This document shows, one piece after another, positions 37,374-45,694 of a DNA stretch of 64,000 bases (within the stretch, counting starts at the first letter, position 1; the number at the start of each line of letters is the position of its first letter). A program made the position numbers and the translations under genes. The notes below the pieces were generated by a model that did no database searches, had not been told where the DNA came from, and saw only the letters and a program-made list of their open reading frames with translations. The stretch covers positions 3,591-67,590 of the forward strand of contig CAMKNB010000001.1 of NCBI GenBank assembly GCA_946414095.1, in the 5' to 3' direction. The DNA is from an uncultured Mycoplasmatota bacterium. GTDB taxonomy: Bacteria; Bacillota_I; Bacilli_A; RF39; UBA660.

Positions 37374-38168
37374 ATGGATGTATTAGGTTTTTTTATTTTA
37401 TTTATAGTATTGATTGTAATACTAAGGGGAATTGTTCAAATTAATGAATATGAAAGGGGTATAAAATTTCGCTTTGGTAAATATGCTAGTATATTAAAAC
37501 CAGGATGGAAAGTTATTTTACCTATAATTGAATCTTGCAAAAAGGTAGATATAAGAACTAAAGTAGTAGATGTTCCAGAACAAGATGCTATTACTAAAGA
37601 TAATGTGTCTGTTAGAATTAATGCAGTTATCTATTATAAAATATTTGATGCTGCTAAAGCAGTATTAGAAGTTGAAAATTTCTATTATGCTGTTAGTCAA
37701 CTTGCACAAACTACAATGAGAAATGCTGTTGGTTCTGTTTCATTAGATGAATTATTAAGTGAAAGAGAAAAACTATCTGAATCAATTTGTAAAATAATCG
37801 ATGAAGCAACAGATCCATGGGGCATTAAAGTAGAAAATGTAGAATTAAAAGATATTACTCTTCCAGAAGATATGAAGAGAGTTATTGCTAAAGTTGCAGA
37901 AGCTGAAAGAGAAAAACAAGCAGTTATTACTAAAGCAGAAGGTGAAACTGAGGCAGCTAAAAATCTTGCAGAAGCTGCTAAAACTATGGCTTCTACTCCA
38001 GGAGCATTACATTTAAGAACATTATCAACAATAAATGATGTATCATCCGATCAATCAAATACATTAATATTCTGTATACCAATTGAAATGATTGATTCAT
38101 TTAAAGCAGGCAATGGAAATGTAGAAGCGATAAAAAAAGTAATAGATGCTCATACAAAAGAAAAATAG
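37374..38168 (+). CDS. SPFH/band-7 (stomatin-like) membrane protein
   Basis: N-terminal TM, VQINEYERGIKFRFGKY.., TKDNVSVRINAVIYYKI, Ala/Glu-rich coiled C-terminal region. AAAGGAG RBS. Confidence 0.88.
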   Translation: MDVLGFFILFIVLIVILRGIVQINEYERGIKFRFGKYASILKPGWKVILPIIESCKKVDIRTKVVDVPEQDAITKDNVSVRINAVIYYKIFDAAKAVLEVENFYYAVSQLAQTTMRNAVGSVSLDELLSEREKLSESICKIIDEATDPWGIKVENVELKDITLPEDMKRVIAKVAEAEREKQAVITKAEGETEAAKNLAEAAKTMASTPGALHLRTLSTINDVSSDQSNTLIFCIPIEMIDSFKAGNGNVEAIKKVIDAHTKEK

Positions 38169-38211
38169 TATAAAGTTTTTTCATAAATCATATATTTTAA
38201 TAGGTGATTTA

Positions 38212-39354
38212 ATGAAGAAACTTTTTTTATGTTTGATTTTAATTCTTTTTCTAATGAATATTAAAGCAGAAGAAATAGATTTAGCTAAAAATGCTAAAAG
38301 TGCAATATTAGTAGAAACTACAACAGGGAAAATAATATATGAAAAAAATAAAGATGAAAAAAGAAGCCCTGCTAGTATGACAAAAATGATGACATTATTA
38401 TTAACAATGGAATCATTAGAAAATGGAAATATTAAATTAGAAGATGAAGTAAATATTTCTAAGAATGCTTCTAGTATGGGTGGAACACAAATATTTATTG
38501 AAGAAGGTAGTAAAGTAAAACTTGAAACATTAATTAAGGGAATAGGAATTGCTTCTGCTAATGATGCCGCAGTTGCAGTAGCTGAATATGTTGGTGGTAC
38601 ACTTGATAACTTTGTTAAGATGATGAATGATAAAGCAAAAGAATTAGGCTGTAAAAATACAAGTTTTAAAAATCCTCATGGATTAGATGAGGAAGGTCAT
38701 TATACAACTGCTTATGATTTATCGCTAGTTGCTCGTGAATTATTAAAATATCCTTATGTTTTAAAAATAACAAGTACTTATGAAGACTATATAGAAGTAA
38801 GTGGAGAAAATCATTGGTTAGTAAATACAAACAAATTAATAAGATTCTATAGTGGAATTGATGGACTTAAAACAGGATATACAGATAAAGCTCTTTATTG
38901 CTTGACAGCTACTATGGAAAAGAATAGTATGAGATTGGTTAGTATTGTTATGGGAGAAGATAGCAAAGAAAGTAGAAATACTGATACAATTTCAATGATG
39001 GAATATGGATTTAGTATGTATGGAAGTGAAAGTATAATTAAGAAAGATAAATTTGAAGAATCTATGATAATAGATAATGCTATGAATAGAGAAGTTAAGT
39101 ATTATTTAGATAAAGATGTAAATATAATAGTAAATAAAAATGTAAAAGATGTAAAATATGATATTGAAAAAGAATTGTATGATGTAAAAGCGCCACTAAA
39201 GAAAAATGAAAAAGTAGGAAATTTAAAACTTAAATACGATGGAAAAACATATAATTATGATTTAATAGTAAAAGAAGATATTAAAAAGAATAGTTATTTT
39301 AAAGTGTTTAACAATTTATTAAGTGATATTATTAGTGGAGTTAGACTAAAATGA
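38212..39354 (+). CDS. D-alanyl-D-alanine carboxypeptidase (S11, DacA/PBP5-like with PBP5_C domain)
   Basis: Signal peptide, SPASMTKMMT (SxxK), SANDAAVA (SxN), KTGYT. AGGTGA RBS before ATG at 38212. Confidence 0.9.
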   Translation: MKKLFLCLILILFLMNIKAEEIDLAKNAKSAILVETTTGKIIYEKNKDEKRSPASMTKMMTLLLTMESLENGNIKLEDEVNISKNASSMGGTQIFIEEGSKVKLETLIKGIGIASANDAAVAVAEYVGGTLDNFVKMMNDKAKELGCKNTSFKNPHGLDEEGHYTTAYDLSLVARELLKYPYVLKITSTYEDYIEVSGENHWLVNTNKLIRFYSGIDGLKTGYTDKALYCLTATMEKNSMRLVSIVMGEDSKESRNTDTISMMEYGFSMYGSESIIKKDKFEESMIIDNAMNREVKYYLDKDVNIIVNKNVKDVKYDIEKELYDVKAPLKKNEKVGNLKLKYDGKTYNYDLIVKEDIKKNSYFKVFNNLLSDIISGVRLK

Positions 39355-39371
39355 GATATATTCTCATTTTT
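39350..39371 (+). terminator. Rho-independent terminator
   Basis: AATGAGA-N5-TCTCATT plus T-run. Confidence 0.6.
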
Positions 39372-39399
39372 ATGTTATAATCAACTTAGGAGTGATTTT

Positions 39400-39588
39400 A
39401 TGAATATTGATATTGAAAAATTAAGAGATGACTTAGAAGATTATTTTGGTAGTGCTACACCAATATATCCAATTGCATATGCAGATGTAATTAAAGTACA
39501 GAATGCAAGTCCTTGTGAACTTGTAAACATTGCTATTAATAATGGGTTTGATTTAAATGATTATGAGGATTACAGTCTAAGTAGATAG
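39400..39588 (+). CDS. Hypothetical acidic protein, 62 aa
   Basis: AGGAG RBS. No recognisable motif. Confidence 0.5.
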   Translation: MNIDIEKLRDDLEDYFGSATPIYPIAYADVIKVQNASPCELVNIAINNGFDLNDYEDYSLSR

Positions 39589-39596
39589 GAGTAAAT

Positions 39597-40235
39597 ATGA
39601 AAAATAAGAATATAAAAAAATATGCTGACTATTTAATAAAAGGTATTTATGCAGGTATTATGATTGGAATTGGCGGATGTGCTTTTCTAAGTTTAGAAAA
39701 TAGTGTTGCAGGATCATTCTTTTTCTCAATTGGCTTATTAATGATATGTATGTATGGAATGAATTTGTATACTGGAAAGATTGGTTATATTCTAATTAAT
39801 AAACTTAATTATATTTATGAATTATTGTTAAGTTTACTAGGTAATTTTATTGGAACATTTTTGGTAGCTAAAGTTTTATTGTTAACTAGAATTAGTACAA
39901 TACAATCAAAAGCTATTAAAATGTCTTTTATTAAACTGAATGATAATTTATTAAGTATATTTATATTATCAGTTTTTTGTGGTATTTTAATGTATATTGC
40001 AGTTAATAATTATAAAAAAGTAAGTAATGAAATAGGAAAATATGTTGGCATATTTATGTGTGTTATGGTATTTATTTTATGTGGATTTGAGCACTGTGTA
40101 GCAAATATGTTTTACTTTTCAATAGCTAATGTTTGGTCATTTAAAACATTACTTTATTTGCTAATAATGATACTGGGAAATTCATTTGGATCAATCATAA
40201 TTGCTTATTTTTATAATTTGTATTATAAGAATTAA
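39597..40235 (+). CDS. Formate/nitrite transporter (FNT) family protein, short form
   Basis: Six TM segments with the FNT signature GFEHCVANMFY. Confidence 0.75.
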   Translation: MKNKNIKKYADYLIKGIYAGIMIGIGGCAFLSLENSVAGSFFFSIGLLMICMYGMNLYTGKIGYILINKLNYIYELLLSLLGNFIGTFLVAKVLLLTRISTIQSKAIKMSFIKLNDNLLSIFILSVFCGILMYIAVNNYKKVSNEIGKYVGIFMCVMVFILCGFEHCVANMFYFSIANVWSFKTLLYLLIMILGNSFGSIIIAYFYNLYYKN

Positions 40236-40258
40236 GTAAAATTATATTTTTATATTTT

Positions 40259-40288
40259 AAAGCACTTAATAGTGCTTTCTTTTTTTTA
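40259..40288 (+). terminator. Rho-independent terminator
   Basis: AAAGCACT-taat-AGTGCTTT plus a long T-run. Confidence 0.85.
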
Positions 40289-40345
40289 TAAAAAAAGAAG
40301 TGTTTTACCTTTCTAGTAGCTAATTATATTAATAGAGGAGGTAAA

Positions 40346-41422
40346 ATGAAAAAAATTTTAAAAGCAATATTATTTATATCTATTATATTAGTTAGAATTA
40401 AAGCATATGAGTTAACTTATTCAGAATGGTCAACTACTTATCCAGAAGGGTATGATGAAATGTTTGTTGAAAGTGAAAAAAGATATTTATGGTATAAGGA
40501 TGTAAGAATAAATGAAGAATACTTAAGATTAGATCAAGTTGGAAATAAAAAAGTTGATAAAAATGATTATATTTATTCAAATGAATCTTCTCCAAGCGTA
40601 GTGAGACCTGAAGAAATAGATGAAAGAATTATTCATGAATTTCAAGAGCCAATATATTATGATGATAGAAGTATTAAGAAGTTAAAACTATATGATTATG
40701 ATTTTTATGATAATGTTAAAATAAGTGAAATAGATATTACAGATATGTTTTCTGGTGAAAAAATAATAAGTACTACTGAAGATGATTATTTAATAGATGG
40801 AGACTTAGATACTTACTATGATGTAAATCATGAAGTAGAAATTGTATTTAATGATTATTATAAAGTCGATGAATTAAACATTGTTATTTACTATGAATCA
40901 GTTAGTAACAAAAGTACTTTTATGCTTGGACTATTAAGTGATGATGATCATAAACTGTTTAGAATAAAATATACTTTAGATAGTGATTCTATAAATGTTG
41001 ATGAAAGAAATTTAATGAAAAATTTTGCTAGAATAGCAACTAAATATACTTATATTGATAAGTTATATAAAACTTATGAAATAGATAGATTAGTAACTGA
41101 TGACTATTACAAAGAGTATGATGACTATCAAAAAATAGATTCTTCTGAGACTATTTATTATAGATACATTACAAATGATAGGGTGCTAGTAGATGGATGG
41201 GGAAATTTAGTTACAGATAAATATTATTGTAACAAAGAAGAGTGTTATGTAAAATACGTTGTTAGAGAAGAGAAAGAAGAAAATCCACCAACTGAAAATC
41301 CGAAAACAATAGACAATATAAATATTTATATTTGTTTATTCTTGGCAAGTTTCATGATACTAATCGTAATATACAGGCGAAAAATATTTCTAGTTTTGTC
41401 GAATCTATTTAAAAAGAGATAA
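40346..41422 (+). CDS. Exported protein with C-terminal hydrophobic anchor, unknown function
   Basis: Signal peptide. Y/D/E-rich body. C-terminus ..PPTENPKTIDNINIYICLFLASFMILIVIYRRKIF.. (motif + TM + basic tail). Confidence 0.6.
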   Translation: MKKILKAILFISIILVRIKAYELTYSEWSTTYPEGYDEMFVESEKRYLWYKDVRINEEYLRLDQVGNKKVDKNDYIYSNESSPSVVRPEEIDERIIHEFQEPIYYDDRSIKKLKLYDYDFYDNVKISEIDITDMFSGEKIISTTEDDYLIDGDLDTYYDVNHEVEIVFNDYYKVDELNIVIYYESVSNKSTFMLGLLSDDDHKLFRIKYTLDSDSINVDERNLMKNFARIATKYTYIDKLYKTYEIDRLVTDDYYKEYDDYQKIDSSETIYYRYITNDRVLVDGWGNLVTDKYYCNKEECYVKYVVREEKEENPPTENPKTIDNINIYICLFLASFMILIVIYRRKIFLVLSNLFKKR

Positions 41423-41443
41423 ATATATTGTATTATCTTTTAT

Positions 41444-41785
41444 ATGAAAACAGATATAGAATATAAAAATAATATATTGTATGTAAAAGCACCATGTGTG
41501 CTTGTTGGGAATAAGACTAATAAATTTGAGTCACTTGTTATCCCACTTATATTAAATCTTAATGCTAAATATGTTACAGTTAATTTGAAAGATGTAGATT
41601 TAATTGATAAAAAAGGGGTTAATTCATTAATAAAACTGTCTACAATTGTTAATAGAAATAAAGGAAAACTTGTTCTTTGTGAATTAAATGAATATGTTAA
41701 ACAGTATTTTAAAAATACTGATGTGTTTGATTATTGCTTTAAATCGAAAGACTTCAATTCGAGCATCGAGGTGTTTAAAATATGA
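41444..41785 (+). CDS. STAS-domain protein (SpoIIAA/RsbV-like anti-sigma-factor antagonist) lacking the phosphorylatable Ser
   Basis: ..YVTVNLKDVDLIDKKGVNSLIKL.. aligns with the SpoIIAA segment ..LNLEDLSFMDSSGLGVILG.., so DSSG becomes DKKG. No SD upstream. Confidence 0.7.
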   Translation: MKTDIEYKNNILYVKAPCVLVGNKTNKFESLVIPLILNLNAKYVTVNLKDVDLIDKKGVNSLIKLSTIVNRNKGKLVLCELNEYVKQYFKNTDVFDYCFKSKDFNSSIEVFKI

Positions 41786-42423
41786 ATGATATTCTAACAG
41801 AAAGGATATTATCTTCATCAAATTTAATATATAAAATAGCATCTAAATATAAAGATTATTATTGCGTTGAGGATTTATATCAGGCAGGTTGTTTGGGGGT
41901 TATTAAAGCTAATAATTGTTATGTTGAAAATAATAATACTAAGTTTTCTACATATGCATATAAATTTATATTAGGAGAAATAATTGATTTTATTAGAAAA
42001 GATAAAAATATTATAATAAGTGATGAGGCTTATGAAATATATAAAAAGTATTTAAAAGTTAAAGAATTACTATATTCTAAGTATGAAAGAGAAGTGTCTT
42101 TTAGTGAAATATGTGAATATATTGGTATAAGTGAAGATAAAATGCTTTCTATAATTAAGAGTGTATCAATATTTAAGAGTATTAATGAAGATGAAAATAA
42201 TTATAATAGTTACTATTCTGATGATAGAGAATTAATTGATAATGAGATATTACTTCAAAGCGAACTTCAAGAATTAGATAGTTTTGACAGATCATTAATA
42301 GAATACAGATATTATCAAGGATATTCTCAAAGTGAAACTGCTGAGATGATGGGATTATCTCAAGCTAAGGTATCAAGGTGTGAAAAATTAATATTAAATA
42401 GAATTAAAAATAATATTGCATAA
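41782..42423 (+). CDS. Group-3 sigma-70 family sigma factor (SigF/SigG/SigB-like)
   Basis: Region 2: DLYQAGCLGVIKA, FSTYAYKFILGEIIDFIRKD. Region 4: GYSQSETAEMMGLSQAKVSRCEKLIL. ATGA overlap with the STAS gene. GAGGTG RBS. Confidence 0.85.
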   Translation: MNDILTERILSSSNLIYKIASKYKDYYCVEDLYQAGCLGVIKANNCYVENNNTKFSTYAYKFILGEIIDFIRKDKNIIISDEAYEIYKKYLKVKELLYSKYEREVSFSEICEYIGISEDKMLSIIKSVSIFKSINEDENNYNSYYSDDRELIDNEILLQSELQELDSFDRSLIEYRYYQGYSQSETAEMMGLSQAKVSRCEKLILNRIKNNIA

Positions 42424-42451
42424 AAAAATGCTATTTCTTAGCATTTTTTTT
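42422..42451. terminator. Bidirectional terminator between the convergent sigma gene and the minus-strand gene
   Basis: AAAAATGCTA / TAGCATTTTT 10-bp stem with an A-run on one side and a T-run on the other. Confidence 0.8.
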
Positions 42452-43054
42452 AATAGAAATAATAGCGCCAATTATTCCGGCAATTACTCCAATTGATATA
42501 AATGTATATATGAACCAATTATAATTAATTTTAACCACATTATAATCATCAAGTATATTTAAACTATTTAAAATAGTTTCATATTCATTATTTTTGTCTA
42601 ATTTATTATCACTACTATAAATAATAGTAATAATATATTTATTAGTTGTATACATTCTTCCTTTTTGATACATATCATATCCAATAGCTTTTTTACTTGG
42701 ATAATAAATATCATATTCTAAATAATAGTTTTCATCATTATTTAGCTTTTTAACCTCATTAATAGTCGCTGTAATTTTATATTTTGATATGCCACTATTA
42801 ATTCCTTCTTCAAAATATTTTTTTTGATTTTCTATATCTTCATCTGTATAGTTTTTAACATCATATTTTAGTTTTGTATTATCACTAACACTAATTGCTA
42901 TATAATTATTATCTTTAGTCCATCTGTAAGCATTGTTACTTTCTAATTCCAATTTGTATGACTCATCTATATCAATTTTAAATATATTGTTTTCATAAGC
43001 TTTAACATTTATTATTGTTAAAAGAATTAAAAACATTATTAATATTTTTTTCAT
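42431..43054 (-). CDS. Exported protein with C-terminal TM anchor, unknown function
   Basis: Signal peptide MKKILIMFLILLTIINVKA. C-terminal TM FISIGVIAGIIGAIISI plus KKNAKK. Confidence 0.6.
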   Translation of the reverse strand: MKKILIMFLILLTIINVKAYENNIFKIDIDESYKLELESNNAYRWTKDNNYIAISVSDNTKLKYDVKNYTDEDIENQKKYFEEGINSGISKYKITATINEVKKLNNDENYYLEYDIYYPSKKAIGYDMYQKGRMYTTNKYIITIIYSSDNKLDKNNEYETILNSLNILDDYNVVKINYNWFIYTFISIGVIAGIIGAIISIKKNAKK

Positions 43055-43164
43055 ATTTTATCTCCTTCCAAAATATTATAAACCAAAAGTATTATTTTTT
43101 AAACATTAATTTATTTACAATTTTTTTTATTAATACTATAATTATATTGTTAAAAGAGGTAAAA

Positions 43165-43830
43165 ATGAAAAAAGCAATAATTATAGTTTTAGTAATATTA
43201 GTATTAATTGGTTCCTTTATATATTTTGATTATTTTAATGTTAAAACTAACAATACAAGTCCAAAAATATCAATAAAAGAGAATTTAACAGATGATCAAA
43301 TACTTTATAAAGCTGTTTTTTATAAAGTTTGGTATTGTAAAACAAACAAAACATATACTATAGGTTCTTATAGTGATAGAGATGCAGTGTGCCCAACAAA
43401 TTATGAATATATTGATGGTTATTATACAAATGCAGAAGGTGTTAAAATTTCAAAAAGAGATTTACAATTATTAACAAATGATGGAATTTATACAAGTGAA
43501 ATGATAGAAACAATGAGTGATAATACCCAAGTACAAGATGCTGTTCATGTTGCTTATGATTATGGAATTTATAAATATAAAAAAATAGATAAAAAGAGTG
43601 ATGATGGTCAAGAATTAATTGTATTTCCAAAATTTGAAGAAGTAGATGGCAAATATAAATGGACTTATGATGAAGAAGATTTGTATTGTTTAAAAGATGA
43701 TTCATTTGCTAAGTATGATACAAAGTGTGGTAAGTTTGAAAAAATTAAGATGGATAATAAATGGTGTGAATCATATAAAACATCTACACTTGTATATGAA
43801 GATAATATAGAAAAGTATTGTGAAGAGTAA
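43165..43830 (+). CDS. N-terminally anchored Cys-containing protein, unknown function
   Basis: AGAGG RBS before ATG at 43165 (MKKAIIIVLVILVLIGSFIYF). The track ORF start at 43015 lacks an RBS and overlaps the divergent gene. Confidence 0.6.
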   Translation: MKKAIIIVLVILVLIGSFIYFDYFNVKTNNTSPKISIKENLTDDQILYKAVFYKVWYCKTNKTYTIGSYSDRDAVCPTNYEYIDGYYTNAEGVKISKRDLQLLTNDGIYTSEMIETMSDNTQVQDAVHVAYDYGIYKYKKIDKKSDDGQELIVFPKFEEVDGKYKWTYDEEDLYCLKDDSFAKYDTKCGKFEKIKMDNKWCESYKTSTLVYEDNIEKYCEE

Positions 43831-43848
43831 AAATACTCTTTTTACTTG
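43821..43848 (+). repeat. Direct repeat copy 1 (terminator hairpin of the upstream gene)
   Basis: TGAAGAGTAAAAATACTCTTTTTACTTG is 26/28 identical to 44821-44848. The hairpin AAGAGTA/TACTCTT plus T-run acts as a terminator. Confidence 0.85.
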
Positions 43849-43874
43849 ACATTTTATTCTGTTTTTAATATAAT
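43846..43874 (+). promoter_or_regulatory. Consensus sigma-A promoter for the J-domain gene
   Basis: TTGACA (43846-43851), 17-nt spacer, TATAAT (43869-43874). Confidence 0.7.
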
Positions 43875-43926
43875 GTTAATAACAAGCAAAGGATATTCTT
43901 AAGAAGATTATTAAAAGGGGGACAAT

Positions 43927-44820
43927 ATGAATTTAGATATTGCACTAAAAATTATGGGATTAAATAGAAATTTTACTGAGCCCGAATTAAAAGCTGCATA
44001 CAAAAGATTAATTATGAAATGGCATCCTGATCTTTGCAAGGACACTTATATTGCAACTGAAAAAACACAAGAAATAAATTTAGCAAGAGATTACTTATCT
44101 AGTTATTTGAAAATTAATAGAACTAGTACAGTACGATCTAATACTAGTTATAGTTCAAATCCAAAAAGAGAACAAAAAAGTAGAGTTAAAGTAGTTCAAA
44201 TATTTGGTGATATATTAAATACATATATAAGAAAAAGCGTCAATGTTGAATTAGATGAAGAAGCTGAACTAGTAAAAAAAGAAATAGAAGTTATACTATT
44301 AAAATATGCATTTGATACAGCTAAATATGATGATGATGATATAGATAAAGTTAATGAAATGTATTTATTATGTGTAAAAAAAGTTAATGATTTATTAATT
44401 GACTATATACACAGTTATTGTAATAAAAGAGGATTTAGATATAGAGATACTCAATCTTCAATTATAGTAGAGTATGATTATATTATTCTTATAAAAGATA
44501 CAATTTATTCTATTTTTGATAAATTATCTAAAATAAAGAAAAAGGAAAGTCTAAATGATATTTTAGTAAAATCTTATGTAGAAAAATTAATTGAAGATTA
44601 TTTAGAAAATGAAACTAATGGTATAGTAATAGAATTAGTAAAAGAATATATAAAATTATTTAAAATAGAAGCCTCTTCTTTAGATATTCCAGAAGCCATT
44701 GATGCTTGCTTTTCAAAATATAATTATTTAATACAAAAATATGCTGCTAGCTATAATGAAAATGATAATATAAATAGTATTAATAAAGATGGCAGATATG
44801 TATTAAAAAAATCAAAGTGA
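43927..44820 (+). CDS. J-domain (DnaJ N-terminal domain) protein with unknown C-terminal region
   Basis: ..FTEPELKAAYKRLIMKWHPDLCKD.. contains the HPD motif. The remaining ~220 aa are unrecognised. GGGGGA RBS. Confidence 0.8.
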   Translation: MNLDIALKIMGLNRNFTEPELKAAYKRLIMKWHPDLCKDTYIATEKTQEINLARDYLSSYLKINRTSTVRSNTSYSSNPKREQKSRVKVVQIFGDILNTYIRKSVNVELDEEAELVKKEIEVILLKYAFDTAKYDDDDIDKVNEMYLLCVKKVNDLLIDYIHSYCNKRGFRYRDTQSSIIVEYDYIILIKDTIYSIFDKLSKIKKKESLNDILVKSYVEKLIEDYLENETNGIVIELVKEYIKLFKIEASSLDIPEAIDACFSKYNYLIQKYAASYNENDNINSINKDGRYVLKKSK

Positions 44821-44848
44821 TGAAGAGTAGAAATACTCTTTTTTCTTG
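44821..44848 (+). repeat. Direct repeat copy 2 (terminator hairpin of the J-domain gene)
   Basis: TGAAGAGTAGAAATACTCTTTTTTCTTG lies exactly 1000 bp downstream of copy 1. Confidence 0.85.
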
Positions 44849-44874
44849 TTTAGAAAAATGTATAGTGTTATAAT
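44846..44874 (+). promoter_or_regulatory. Candidate promoter for cdsA-rseP
   Basis: TTGTTT, 17-nt spacer, TATAAT (44869-44874). Same offsets as the promoter 1000 bp upstream. Confidence 0.5.
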
Positions 44875-44890
44875 GGTAATGGTGAAGTAT

Positions 44891-45685
44891 ATGAAAACAA
44901 GAGTTATAAGTGCAATTGTTGCGCTAATTATTATAGTTCCTTTAATAATACTGGGGGGGTATGCATATTATATTGGTGTAGGAATATTAAGTATAATTGG
45001 ATATCATGAAATATTAAGCGTTCGTGAAAAAGAGAAAAAGATAGATTCATCTATTAAATTACTAGTTCTAGTTCCATATTTGTTAATAGTTATGTCATCT
45101 ATATTTCATGGTTCTACATTTAATATAGATTATAGACTATATATATTAGATTTATTTGTATGTTTATTACCATTAATTACATTAAGGAAAAAAGAATATG
45201 ATGCTGAAGATGCTTTGATTTTGTTAGCAATTACAATGTTACTTGGTATTTCATTTAATTTCTTAATAGTAATCAGAAATATGAGCATTTTATATTTAAT
45301 ATATGTTGTATTAATAACTATTATGTCAGATACATTTGCTTTATTCGTTGGAAGTAAAATAGGAAGGCATAAATTATGCCCTAATGTTTCACCAAATAAA
45401 ACAGTTGAAGGAATGATTGGTGGAGTTACATTTGGAACTTTTATTGGTTCGATGTATTTCTTAACTTTTGTAAATACTGATGCTAGTGTATTTTATATAA
45501 TACTTATTTCAATGGCATTATCATTAGTAGCAGAATTTGGTGATTTAGTATTTTCTTCAATTAAAAGAAGATATGGTGTTAAAGATTATGGAAATATTAT
45601 GCCAGGACATGGTGGAGTATTAGATAGGCTTGATAGTATATTATTTGCAATATTAGCATTTGCATATTTTGTATCATTTTTCTAG
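44891..45685 (+). CDS. cdsA: Phosphatidate cytidylyltransferase
   Basis: Multi-TM. SDTFALFVGSKIGRHKL..SPNKTVEG, GDLVFSSIKRRYGVKDYGNIMPGHGGVLDRLDS. Confidence 0.93.
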   Translation: MKTRVISAIVALIIIVPLIILGGYAYYIGVGILSIIGYHEILSVREKEKKIDSSIKLLVLVPYLLIVMSSIFHGSTFNIDYRLYILDLFVCLLPLITLRKKEYDAEDALILLAITMLLGISFNFLIVIRNMSILYLIYVVLITIMSDTFALFVGSKIGRHKLCPNVSPNKTVEGMIGGVTFGTFIGSMYFLTFVNTDASVFYIILISMALSLVAEFGDLVFSSIKRRYGVKDYGNIMPGHGGVLDRLDSILFAILAFAYFVSFF

Positions 45686-45694
45686 GAGGAATAT

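Noticed and set aside
28087-43054. The three minus-strand genes (28087-28605, 32839-34509, 42431-43054), considered as signs of inversions or foreign insertions
   Set aside because: Each is a single gene bounded by a clean bidirectional terminator and a divergent promoter region. One is the core gene rnj. No repeats or composition changes were noticed at their borders.
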